Shown here: positions 36,825-45,396 of the stretch, one piece after another
Layout: every line of letters begins with the position of its first letter
Position numbering within the stretch: position 1 is the stretch's first letter
Source: Spirochaetia bacterium
GTDB taxonomy: Bacteria; Spirochaetota; Spirochaetia; CAKZLE01
Assembly: GCA_963677595.1 (NCBI GenBank)
Contig: OY782041.1
Span: 2,688,001 to 2,752,000, forward strand
DNA: 64,000 nucleotides
Direction: 5' to 3'
The notes under the pieces: generated by a model
Seen by the model: the letters and a program-made list of their open reading frames with translations, nothing else
Databases searched by the model: none
What the model was told of the DNA's origin: nothing
Position numbers and translations under genes: made by a program

Positions 36825-38266
36825 AGGCCGAGATCCTCCCAGATCGCATCGACTCTCTCCCGTACGTCCTCACTCATCGTGATATCATCGGGCCAGGGTC
36901 GGGTATGCCCGTCCATCGGCCCCTTCTTCGTGGCATCGATCCCGATCCGGGTGCCGTAGAGGGGCGTCGGGGAGGCATGGTCGAGGGCGTCGAGGGGACC
37001 GTCGGAGAAGATGAGGTCCCGCTTCCCGTCGATGTTGTTGAAGACCTTCCACATGACCGTCGACAGGTCATGCACATCGACGGAGCTGTCGACGATGATG
37101 ATCATCTTCGTGTACATCATCTGGCCGAGCCCCCAGATGCTGTGCAGGACCTTCCGTACCTGCCCGGGGTAGCGTTTGTGTATCGACACGATAGCGCAGT
37201 TATGGAAGACCCCTTCGAGGGGTAGTTCCATATCGACGATCTCGGGTATGAGCTGTCTGAGGAGCGGCAGGAAGAGCCGCTCGGTCGCCTTGGCCATATA
37301 GCAGTCCTCCATCGGGGGCTTCCCGACGATGGTGGCATGGTAGACCGGCTGCTCCTTCCGGGTGATGCAGGTCACATGGAAGACCGGGTATTCATCCTGG
37401 AGGGAGTAGTAGCCGGTATGGTCCCCGAAGGGGCCTTCTGTCCTGAAGGGTTCAGCCGGGTCGACATAGCCCTCAAGGACGAACTCCGCATGGGCTGGGA
37501 CCTTGAGGTCGTTGGTGATGCACTTCACCATCTCGACCGGGGCTCCCCTGAGGAAACCGGCAAAGAGGATCTCGTTGATGCCGGGGGGCAGGGGGGCAGT
37601 CGCCGCATAGGTGATCGACGGGTCACAGCCTATCGCCACAGAAACCGGCATCTTCTCGCCCCGTGACCGGTATTTCTCGAAGATACTCGACCCGTCTTTG
37701 TGGATATGCCAGTGCATGCCCGTCGTATCCTTTGAGAACCGCTGCATCCGGTACATGCCCATGTTCGAGGAACCGGTATCGGGGTCTTTGGTGAAGACGG
37801 CAGGCAGGGTGATGAACGGGCCGCCGTCACCGGGCCAGCAGGTCAGGATCGGCAGGGTGAAGAGATCCGGCTCCTGCTCGATCACCTGCTGGCAGGGGGC
37901 CTTCTTCACCGTCTTCGGGAAGAAGAGCCTCACATACTTGAGTTTCGGGATGATCGCAGTCAGGTCGATGGACCGGGCCTGGGAGAAGGCGAACTCGATG
38001 AGTTCCCCGATCTCGTCGGCCTTCGCGTCGAGTGACTCAGCCTCGAGGGCGAGCGCCATACGCTCATACGAGCCCATCGCGTTCATAAGTACCGGGAACT
38101 TGGATCCCTGCACCTGCTCGAAGAGCAGCGCAGGGCCATCCTTCTTGCTTACCCGGTCAGTGATCTCGGTGATCTCGAGGTAGGGATCCACGGGATGGGT
38201 GATCCGTTTGAGCTGGCTTGATTCTTCCAGCACCTGTATGAATGATAGCAGATCTTTATATGCCAT
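36821..38266 (-). CDS. UbiD-family menaquinone biosynthesis decarboxylase (MqnL type)
   Basis: EGPFGDHTGYY, GKPPMED, GLGQMMYTK and GPLDALDH motifs. Confidence 0.92.
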   Translation of the reverse strand: MAYKDLLSFIQVLEESSQLKRITHPVDPYLEITEITDRVSKKDGPALLFEQVQGSKFPVLMNAMGSYERMALALEAESLDAKADEIGELIEFAFSQARSIDLTAIIPKLKYVRLFFPKTVKKAPCQQVIEQEPDLFTLPILTCWPGDGGPFITLPAVFTKDPDTGSSNMGMYRMQRFSKDTTGMHWHIHKDGSSIFEKYRSRGEKMPVSVAIGCDPSITYAATAPLPPGINEILFAGFLRGAPVEMVKCITNDLKVPAHAEFVLEGYVDPAEPFRTEGPFGDHTGYYSLQDEYPVFHVTCITRKEQPVYHATIVGKPPMEDCYMAKATERLFLPLLRQLIPEIVDMELPLEGVFHNCAIVSIHKRYPGQVRKVLHSIWGLGQMMYTKMIIIVDSSVDVHDLSTVMWKVFNNIDGKRDLIFSDGPLDALDHASPTPLYGTRIGIDATKKGPMDGHTRPWPDDITMSEDVRERVDAIWEDLGL

Positions 38267-38299
38267 AACTATAGTTATATTCCATTTAACGGAGGAATG

Positions 38300-38329
38300 A
38301 AAGGACTACCCGTTCCCAGGTAGTCCTTT
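38300..38329 (-). terminator. Hairpin downstream of the FMN-binding lipoprotein gene
   Basis: AAAGGACTACC-cgttccca-GGTAGTCCTTT. Confidence 0.55.
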
Positions 38330-38378
38330 ACATCATAGGTTTTTAGGAGTATCCAGCATCAGATGCCGGTTCACTCGC

Positions 38379-39671
38379 TTATTCGGCCTCCACAGGTCCT
38401 GCAGCCAGTGCCTCGGCAGCAAGCTCAAAGAGGGAATTCACATGGATCGATGCTCCGGCGATCTCATCGACATGACCTTCGTCATCTGAGTAAACCACAG
38501 CTGACGGGTCCTGGATCTGGATCAGGTAAGCTTCAGCGGCAACAGCCTGTTCATGCCATTCAGCTATGGCTCCGCCGTGAGCGACCATCCCATAATTTCC
38601 TTCAGCGGAGTAGGTCTTCTTGTCGTTGCCGTCTGCATCAAGGGGGTTCCAGCTCACTGAGAAGATCCTCCCGTCGAGAACTGACAGGTCCACGACGTCC
38701 TTCCATCCGTTATCGCCCATCTCGCCCTCTGCATGGTAGGTACCGTCTGCATAGGGACCTGTGACGACAGGAGCTGACGCAAGGGCCTCGGCGGCGAGTT
38801 CGAAGAACTCGGTCACATGGATGGAGACACCGGCGATAGCATCAGTATGGCCTTCGTCATCGCTATAGGTGATAGCTGCAGGATCCTGGGTCTCAAGCAG
38901 ATAGGCTTCAGCAGCGGCAGCCTGTTCATGCCACTCAGCCTGGGCGTCGCCGTAGGCGACCATACCGTATGCCCCGCTTTCAGACCTGACTTTCTTCAGG
39001 GTACCGCCGTCAGTGCTTGCACCGTTCCAGCTGGCTGCCACGATGTTGCCGTTCACGACAGTGAGGTCAACTGCATATTTCCAGCCCGAACCTGAGAACT
39101 CAGGCTGCTCAGCATGGAAATGGCCGTCTGTATAGGGTCCCCGCCCTGCAGGACCGGCTGCCATGGCTTCCTCAGCGAGGTTGAAGAATTCAGCTACATG
39201 GATCGAGACCCCCGAAATAGCGTCAGTATGCCCTTCAGCATCGGTGTAGGTGATGGCTGCGGGATCCTGGGTCTCGACGAGGTATGCCTCAGCACGTTCA
39301 GCCTGCTCATGCCATTCTGCCTGTGCCCCGCCGAAAGCGACCATGTTGTACCGTCCCTTGGATGAGACACTCTTCTTGTCTTCCCCGCCGTTGACGTTGG
39401 CGCCGTTCCAGTCAGCGGAGACGATCTTGCCACCGTCGACGGTGATGGTTGCCATATACTTCCAACCGGTACTTCCGAAGCCGTCTTCCTGGGCAAAGTA
39501 GATACCGTCAGCATATGCGGCGGCTGCTTCAGCCTTCGGAGCAGGTTCTGCCGCAGGTGCGGGAGCTGCTGCCGGTGCAGGTGCTGCTTCCTCTTTCGCG
39601 CAGCCTACGAATACCAATACAAGAGACAGGCACAGCAAGAGTACCAATCCTTTTTGTAGAAAAAATCTCAT
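38379..39671 (-). CDS. PplA-like lipoprotein with three FMN-binding domains
   Basis: Lipobox FVGC; Ala/Pro linker; three roughly 125-aa repeats (YxDGxY...W.EQA...EAYL...D.I[S/A]G[V/A]SIHV). Confidence 0.88.
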   Translation of the reverse strand: MRFFLQKGLVLLLCLSLVLVFVGCAKEEAAPAPAAAPAPAAEPAPKAEAAAAYADGIYFAQEDGFGSTGWKYMATITVDGGKIVSADWNGANVNGGEDKKSVSSKGRYNMVAFGGAQAEWHEQAERAEAYLVETQDPAAITYTDAEGHTDAISGVSIHVAEFFNLAEEAMAAGPAGRGPYTDGHFHAEQPEFSGSGWKYAVDLTVVNGNIVAASWNGASTDGGTLKKVRSESGAYGMVAYGDAQAEWHEQAAAAEAYLLETQDPAAITYSDDEGHTDAIAGVSIHVTEFFELAAEALASAPVVTGPYADGTYHAEGEMGDNGWKDVVDLSVLDGRIFSVSWNPLDADGNDKKTYSAEGNYGMVAHGGAIAEWHEQAVAAEAYLIQIQDPSAVVYSDDEGHVDEIAGASIHVNSLFELAAEALAAGPVEAE

Positions 39672-39783
39672 AACACACTCTCCTTACAGATTCTTCTTTT
39701 AACTTAGCAATATAATAAGCTATTTATTTATCGATAGCAAGTAGCACTTTGACATAACGCACCTTTGCTGGTATCTTCATCTC

Positions 39784-40158
39784 ATGAGACGAGTACGGAT
39801 CGGGGATATCATAATCGGTATCCTGTCATTGGCTGTCATCTTACTCATTGGGATCGAGTCCTGGTCACGGTCAGGCGGGAGTCCCGAACTCCATATACAG
39901 GTCGATGATGACAATTTCGTCTATTCCCTCGCTGCTGACCAGCACCTCGAGATCTCCGGGCCGATCGGTACCACCTATGTCACGATCGAGGACGGGCACG
40001 TCCATGTCGATGACTCTCCCTGCACGCAGAAGATCTGCGTAGCCGCAGGGGAGATCTCCCGGACCGGGGAGTGGATCATCTGTCTCCCGAACCATGTCTT
40101 CATCACCATAGAGGGGGTCGAGGAGACCTCGAAGGAAGTAGATGATGTTGTCTTCTGA
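39784..40158 (+). CDS. NusG domain II (Lin0431/EetA-like) membrane-anchored protein
   Basis: One N-terminal TM helix; SPCTQKICV...GEWIICLPN motif. Confidence 0.88.
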   Translation: MRRVRIGDIIIGILSLAVILLIGIESWSRSGGSPELHIQVDDDNFVYSLAADQHLEISGPIGTTYVTIEDGHVHVDDSPCTQKICVAAGEISRTGEWIICLPNHVFITIEGVEETSKEVDDVVF

Positions 40159-41293
40159 GCTGCATGGGAAGAGGGCACTCCCCGTTGGGCTGATCGCACA
40201 GCTCGGGGCACTGGCACTCTTCCTCTCGACGATCGAGTACATGATCCCGAAACCGATCCCCTTCATGCGCCTCGGGCTGGCGAACGTCCCGATCATGCTC
40301 GCCCTCCCGCTGCTCGACCCCGCGGGGTTCTTCCTGCTCGTGCTGATGAAGATCCTCGGGCAGGCCCTGGTGAACGGGACGTTATTCTCCTATATCTTCC
40401 TCTTCTCCCTCTGCGGGTCGGTCTCGAGCAGCCTCGTGATGTTCCTCCTCTACCGCCGGCTCGGCAGGTTCGTCTCCTACCTGGGGATCAGTATGGCCGG
40501 TGCCTTGACGAGCAACCTCGTCCAGCTCCTGCTCTCCCGCTATATCATGTTCGGGCCCTCGGTCTGGATCATCGCCCCGCCGTTCCTGATCATGGGGTTG
40601 GTCACCTCCATCGTGTTGGGGCTCTTCGTCATGCGATTCTCTACGCAATCAGCCTGGTTCGCCGGGAAACTGCTGAACGGCAGTGAACCGGATGACCGCT
40701 ATGACCCGGCCGCCCCGGGCGGCTTCTCCTATGACCGTAGGGTCCTCATCGGGCTCCTTGCCCTCCCGGCATTCCTGCTCCAGCAGCGGCTCCCGGGAAC
40801 CCTGATCATCACCGTATGTGCGGTCATCCTTGCCGTGACCCACGGCAGGCGGTTCCGCCTCCTGCCAAACCTCCTGGTGATCATCTCCGTCACCGCAGCA
40901 AACCTGCTGCAGAAGAACGGGATCATCCTGACAGAGATCCTCGGCTTCCCGATCACCCTCGGGGCCCTGGAGCTGGGACTGAAGAAGGCCCTGACCCTGA
41001 TAGGATTGATCTACATCTCCCAGTTCATGGTCTCGAACAGGCCGCGTATCCCCGGGAGGCTCGGTGCGCTCATCTCCCTGCAGCTTTTCTACTTCGAGCG
41101 GATCACCGAGTCATGGGATCGGAAAGCCCAGGGGAACCTCCTGGGTAGGATCGATACGCTGCTCTTCACTGTCGAGGGCGCTGAGTATGCGAGTGAGGCG
41201 GGAACGGGGAGAGGCAAAGAGCCTGCTGTCGGCTGGCAGTGGTCTTTCGTGGTGATCAGCTGGGGAGTCCTGGTTGCGGGGTTCGTGCTCTAG
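40142..41293 (+). CDS. Gx transporter / EetB-like protein with a C-terminal EcfT-like membrane extension
   Basis: IEYMIPKPIPFMRLGLAN and GISMAGALTSNLVQL motifs, followed by about 190 additional aa of TM helices. Confidence 0.82.
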   Translation: MMLSSELHGKRALPVGLIAQLGALALFLSTIEYMIPKPIPFMRLGLANVPIMLALPLLDPAGFFLLVLMKILGQALVNGTLFSYIFLFSLCGSVSSSLVMFLLYRRLGRFVSYLGISMAGALTSNLVQLLLSRYIMFGPSVWIIAPPFLIMGLVTSIVLGLFVMRFSTQSAWFAGKLLNGSEPDDRYDPAAPGGFSYDRRVLIGLLALPAFLLQQRLPGTLIITVCAVILAVTHGRRFRLLPNLLVIISVTAANLLQKNGIILTEILGFPITLGALELGLKKALTLIGLIYISQFMVSNRPRIPGRLGALISLQLFYFERITESWDRKAQGNLLGRIDTLLFTVEGAEYASEAGTGRGKEPAVGWQWSFVVISWGVLVAGFVL

Positions 41294-42354
41294 CGGAAGG
41301 TGTAGGAATCATCCTGGAGGGTCAGGGTTATATCCCCTCCGGTCATGCCGGCACTCATCAGGAGCTCCTTGTCTGTCGTGACGAACACTGCCTCTGTACC
41401 TTCGTATGAATCCACAAGCTCCATGCCCCGTTCGATCCCGAGCGAGAACGCCGCCGTGGAGAGGGCATCAGCGAGGAAGGAGTCTTCCGTGATGATGGAG
41501 ACACCGAGCAGTCCCGATTCCACGGGGTAGCCTGTCGAGGTATCGAGAATATGGTGGTAGCGGACATCGTCGACGATGAAATACCGTTCATAGACACCGG
41601 AGGTGACCACCGCGTGTTCGGTCATGGCAGCGATCGCCAGGTACTCCCCCCGATCGGAGAGGGGGTCCTGGATCCCGATCTTCCATCGTGACCCGTCAGG
41701 CTTGGTCCCGACGGTGAGGACGTTCCCTCCCAGGTTGACGATGGCAGTCCCGATCCCGCGGTCGAGCAGGACCTCACGGACCGCATCCGCGGCATACCCC
41801 TTGGCGATCGCCCCAAGGTCGAGGGCCATCCCCGCCCTCGGCAGGAGCACGGAACCGGAGGCCTCATCGATCTCGACCTCCCGGTAGTCAACGTAGGCGA
41901 GGAGGTCAGTGATCTCCTGCGCTCCCGGAATCCTGGCATCATCGCTGCCGATCCCCCAGGCACTGACGAGCGGCCCTATGGTAGGGTCGAAGGCTCCATC
42001 ACTCACCTCGGCGATCAGGAGGGCCTCTTTGAGCACCTGCAGGGTGTCTTCGCTGAGTTTGGTGTAGATGCCGGACCCGGCCCGCTCATTGATCAGGGAG
42101 ATCTCGCTGTCGGCGATACTCCTGCTCATGAGCTGCTCGATCTCCCTGATCCTGTCGAAGGCGGCCGTGAAGTCAGCCTCCTCATGGTCGGAGTAGATCG
42201 TGATCCTGCAGGAGGTCCCGAGCAGCAGTTCACTCTCTGATTCAGGTGCTGCTGAAGTCGGGGTAGATTCAGCCTGCCGTGTGCAGGAGATACTAAAAAA
42301 AATTACAAAAAAACTAATGATTAGAGAAATAATTATCGACACTCTATTTTTCAT
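41290..42354 (-). CDS. apbE: FAD:protein FMN transferase (ApbE/FmnB), lipoprotein
   Basis: FDPTIGPL, LDLGAIAKG, TSGVYER, YHHILD and ADALSTA motifs; lipobox-like SISC. Confidence 0.95.
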   Translation of the reverse strand: MKNRVSIIISLIISFFVIFFSISCTRQAESTPTSAAPESESELLLGTSCRITIYSDHEEADFTAAFDRIREIEQLMSRSIADSEISLINERAGSGIYTKLSEDTLQVLKEALLIAEVSDGAFDPTIGPLVSAWGIGSDDARIPGAQEITDLLAYVDYREVEIDEASGSVLLPRAGMALDLGAIAKGYAADAVREVLLDRGIGTAIVNLGGNVLTVGTKPDGSRWKIGIQDPLSDRGEYLAIAAMTEHAVVTSGVYERYFIVDDVRYHHILDTSTGYPVESGLLGVSIITEDSFLADALSTAAFSLGIERGMELVDSYEGTEAVFVTTDKELLMSAGMTGGDITLTLQDDSYTFR

Positions 42355-42447
42355 ACGTTATACTCTTCTTGAATGGTAAGGTATTATGTACGATTTATCG
42401 GTACATGTGCAAGATGTTAAATTTATATACTGGATCGGGGTTTTAAT

Positions 42448-44337
42448 ATGAACAAAAAGAGAGTTGTAGTCCTGGGTGGCGGTTATGCCGGTGTGCATGC
42501 CGTAAAGATACTCCTGAAGACGCTTAAGGGTCTGAAGGATCAGACTGAGATCGTTCTTATCGACAAGAATGAGTACCATACGCTGATGACCGAGCTTCAC
42601 GAGGTTGCCGGCGGCAGGGTGGAGGAGGAGTCCGTGAAGGTCTCCTACAAGAGGATCTTCGCAGGAAGGGACGTGAAGGTGATCAAGGATGAGATCGATG
42701 AGATCGATTTCGATAACCGTAAGCTGATCTCAGCCCATGCAACCTATGACTTCGACCAGCTGCTGATCTCTACCGGTGCCGAGGCCGCTGACTTCGGGGT
42801 CCCGGGGATCAGGGAACATGCCCTGATGCTCTGGAGCCTTGATGACGCCATCGCCATCAGGGAGCATGTCAGGGCGACTGTAGAGGCCGCCTCTGATGAG
42901 AAGGACCCCGAGAAGAGGAAGGAACTGATGACCTTCGTCGTCGCCGGTGCGGGATTCACCGGTGTCGAGATGGTCGGGGAGCTCATCGAATGGCTCCCGA
43001 TCCTCTGCGACGAGTATGAAGTGGATCATTCCGAGATCACCCTGATGAACATCGAGGGACTCGGCAAGATCCTCAACGTCCTCCCTGACAAGCCAAGGAA
43101 GAAGGCCGAGAAGTACATGAAGAAGAAGGGTGTCGACATCATGGTCAACTCCCTGATCGTCGAGGCTGATGATGACGGCTTCAAGCTGAAGAGCGGCGAA
43201 TATATCAAGACGAAGACCCTCATCTGGACCTGCGGCGTCCGGGGTAACCGGTTCTGTGAACGGCTCCCGCTCACGGACGGGAAGGTCGGCCGGAAGCAGG
43301 TCAACGAGTTCATGGGCTGCCCGGACCACAAGAACGTCTTCATCGCCGGGGACGGGTGCTGGTACCTGGAGAACGGGTCCCCGCTTCCCCAGATCGTCGA
43401 GGCAGCCGAGCAGACCGGTGCTACCGCAGCCCATGCCATGACTGCCAACATCTGCGAGGAACTCGGGATCGCGTACAAGGAGCCGAAGCCGTTCAAGTCA
43501 CGGTTCCATGGCCACATGGTCTCGATCGGCGGCCGGTACGGCGTCTCCCACAACATGAACATGTCGATGTCCGGGCTCTTCGCCATGGGCATCAAGCATG
43601 TGGTCAACGTCATCTACCTCAACAGCATCGCCGGCCTCAACGGCTGGTGGACCTACCTCAAGCATGAGATCTTCGATATCAAGAACAACCGCTCGTTCAT
43701 CGGCGGGCTGGCAGCAAACAAGGTGCCTGCCTACTGGACCACCTTCCTGAGGATCTTCCTCGGGGTCATGTGGTTCATCGAAGGGGTGAAGAAGATCATC
43801 GAGGGCTGGCTGACCGACGCGACCGGTTCCCATGTCTACTGGGTACAGGCTGCTGCTGATGCAGGCAGTGCTGCCAGTGAGGAGGCTGAGCAGGTCGCTG
43901 AGCAGGCGGTCGAGGCTGTACAGCAGTTCGCCCCGCCGTTGATCAGTGAACCGACTGCCCTCTATACCTGGGTCTCTGATACCTTCGTTGCGGCAGCTCC
44001 CTATTTCTTCCAGATACTCATCGTACTCGGTGAGGTCGGCCTCGGCCTCTGCTTCATCGGCGGGCTCTTCACCTTCCCTGCGGCAGTCGCCTCCATCGGG
44101 CTCTCGATCATGCTCATCATGGGTGCCATGGCAAGCAAGGAGATCCTCTGGTACATGGCTGTGGCCGTGGTGATGATGGGTGGTGCAGGCCGGTCGTTCG
44201 GTCTCGACTACTGGGTGATGCCGTGGCTGAAGAAGCAGTGGAACAAGACCTGGCTGGCTAAACGGACCCATCTCTTCATGGATGAACCCCAGTTCACACG
44301 CAAGCAGAAAGAGATGCGATCCAGGATCATGGACTAG
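42448..44337 (+). CDS. Type II NADH dehydrogenase with a C-terminal DoxX-like membrane domain (FLEET Ndh2-like)
   Basis: LGGGYAG, GAGFTGVE, WTCGV and PQIVEAAEQT motifs; C-terminal LRIFLGVMWFIEG...GRSFGLDYW. Confidence 0.9.
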   Translation: MNKKRVVVLGGGYAGVHAVKILLKTLKGLKDQTEIVLIDKNEYHTLMTELHEVAGGRVEEESVKVSYKRIFAGRDVKVIKDEIDEIDFDNRKLISAHATYDFDQLLISTGAEAADFGVPGIREHALMLWSLDDAIAIREHVRATVEAASDEKDPEKRKELMTFVVAGAGFTGVEMVGELIEWLPILCDEYEVDHSEITLMNIEGLGKILNVLPDKPRKKAEKYMKKKGVDIMVNSLIVEADDDGFKLKSGEYIKTKTLIWTCGVRGNRFCERLPLTDGKVGRKQVNEFMGCPDHKNVFIAGDGCWYLENGSPLPQIVEAAEQTGATAAHAMTANICEELGIAYKEPKPFKSRFHGHMVSIGGRYGVSHNMNMSMSGLFAMGIKHVVNVIYLNSIAGLNGWWTYLKHEIFDIKNNRSFIGGLAANKVPAYWTTFLRIFLGVMWFIEGVKKIIEGWLTDATGSHVYWVQAAADAGSAASEEAEQVAEQAVEAVQQFAPPLISEPTALYTWVSDTFVAAAPYFFQILIVLGEVGLGLCFIGGLFTFPAAVASIGLSIMLIMGAMASKEILWYMAVAVVMMGGAGRSFGLDYWVMPWLKKQWNKTWLAKRTHLFMDEPQFTRKQKEMRSRIMD

Positions 44338-44350
44338 CCCGGGGTACGAC

Positions 44351-45325
44351 GTGATACCATTCTGGGAAGAGGAGGCTGCCCTTGAAGGGCAGCTTCAGCA
44401 GGTCACCGACCTGATCCTGGAGCTCATCCAGGACGCAAATGATTATATCTCATCATATCTCCGGTCCATGGTGGAATCCCAGGGCAAGATGCTCAGGCCT
44501 GCCCTAGTCATGATCGGGTCCCGGCTCGGAAATGATCAGGATGAATCCAGGGCCGTCAGGCAGGCGGCCCTCCTTGAGATGATCCACCTGGCCTCCCTCG
44601 TCCATGACGACATCATCGATGATGCCGACATGAGGAGGGGAATCCCGTCGCTCCAGAAGCAGCTTGGGGTACGACGTGCCGTCGTTGCCGGGGACTACCT
44701 CCTCGTGCGGGCGATTTCCCTGCTGACGGACAAGGGGCGGACCCTAGAGCCTGCCGTCATGTCCCATGCGATCGGCAGGCTGTGCACCAGCGAGATCGAC
44801 CAGGACAGCGAGGAGTGGGACTTCTTCATCAGCCCGACGCATTACCTTCGCAGGATCGCCGGGAAGACAGCGACCCTCTTTGCCCTCAGTGCCTTCTCCG
44901 GTGCGTTCATCAGCGATGCTGAGCCCCTGGTCCAGCGGAGGATGCATGAGTTCGGTTACTGTCTCGGCATGGCATTCCAGATACGCGACGACATCCTTGA
45001 CCTGAAGGGGACGAAGGCCTCCATGGGGAAACCCGTAGGCAAGGATATCACATCGGGAGTCGCCACCCTGCCGCTGATCTATGCGCTCGAACGGGATGAG
45101 ACCGGTTCCCTGCAGCGCCTGCTGCAGGGAAAGCGGAAGTTCTCCAAGCGGAAGGTAGGGCTCATCATCAACCGGATCCTTGACTCCGGGGCACTGGCTT
45201 CAGCAGAATCTCTCTCAGAGAAGTACCTGAACCGTGCTTTAGCCCTCCTCGGTGAATTACCCGACCAGGAGACTGCAAAGATCCTATCCCGGATGATCGA
45301 ACGTCTCGTTTCCCGGGTCAGTTAA
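44351..45325 (+). CDS. Polyprenyl diphosphate synthase (DmkB/HepT-like)
   Basis: GKMLRP, LVHDDIIDDADMRRG, KTA and FQIRDDILD motifs; GTG start at 44351 inferred. Confidence 0.92.
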   Translation: MIPFWEEEAALEGQLQQVTDLILELIQDANDYISSYLRSMVESQGKMLRPALVMIGSRLGNDQDESRAVRQAALLEMIHLASLVHDDIIDDADMRRGIPSLQKQLGVRRAVVAGDYLLVRAISLLTDKGRTLEPAVMSHAIGRLCTSEIDQDSEEWDFFISPTHYLRRIAGKTATLFALSAFSGAFISDAEPLVQRRMHEFGYCLGMAFQIRDDILDLKGTKASMGKPVGKDITSGVATLPLIYALERDETGSLQRLLQGKRKFSKRKVGLIINRILDSGALASAESLSEKYLNRALALLGELPDQETAKILSRMIERLVSRVS

Positions 45326-45396
45326 AAAACAACGCTTTACCCCGTACGTTCCCTTTGGTATATTGAATAGATAGACTATGAAGAGGGGACAGATTA

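Noticed and set aside
38379-39671. DNA-level repeats as a CRISPR array or mobile repeat
   Set aside because: The repeats are in-frame duplicated FMN-binding domains, with no spacer structure and no cas genes.
42355-42447. Possible Rex site upstream of ndh2 (ATGTTAAATTTATATACT), and TTGCTAA half-sites upstream of the FMN lipoprotein
   Set aside because: Only one half-site matches, in AT-rich DNA, so this is not supportable without a PWM scan.
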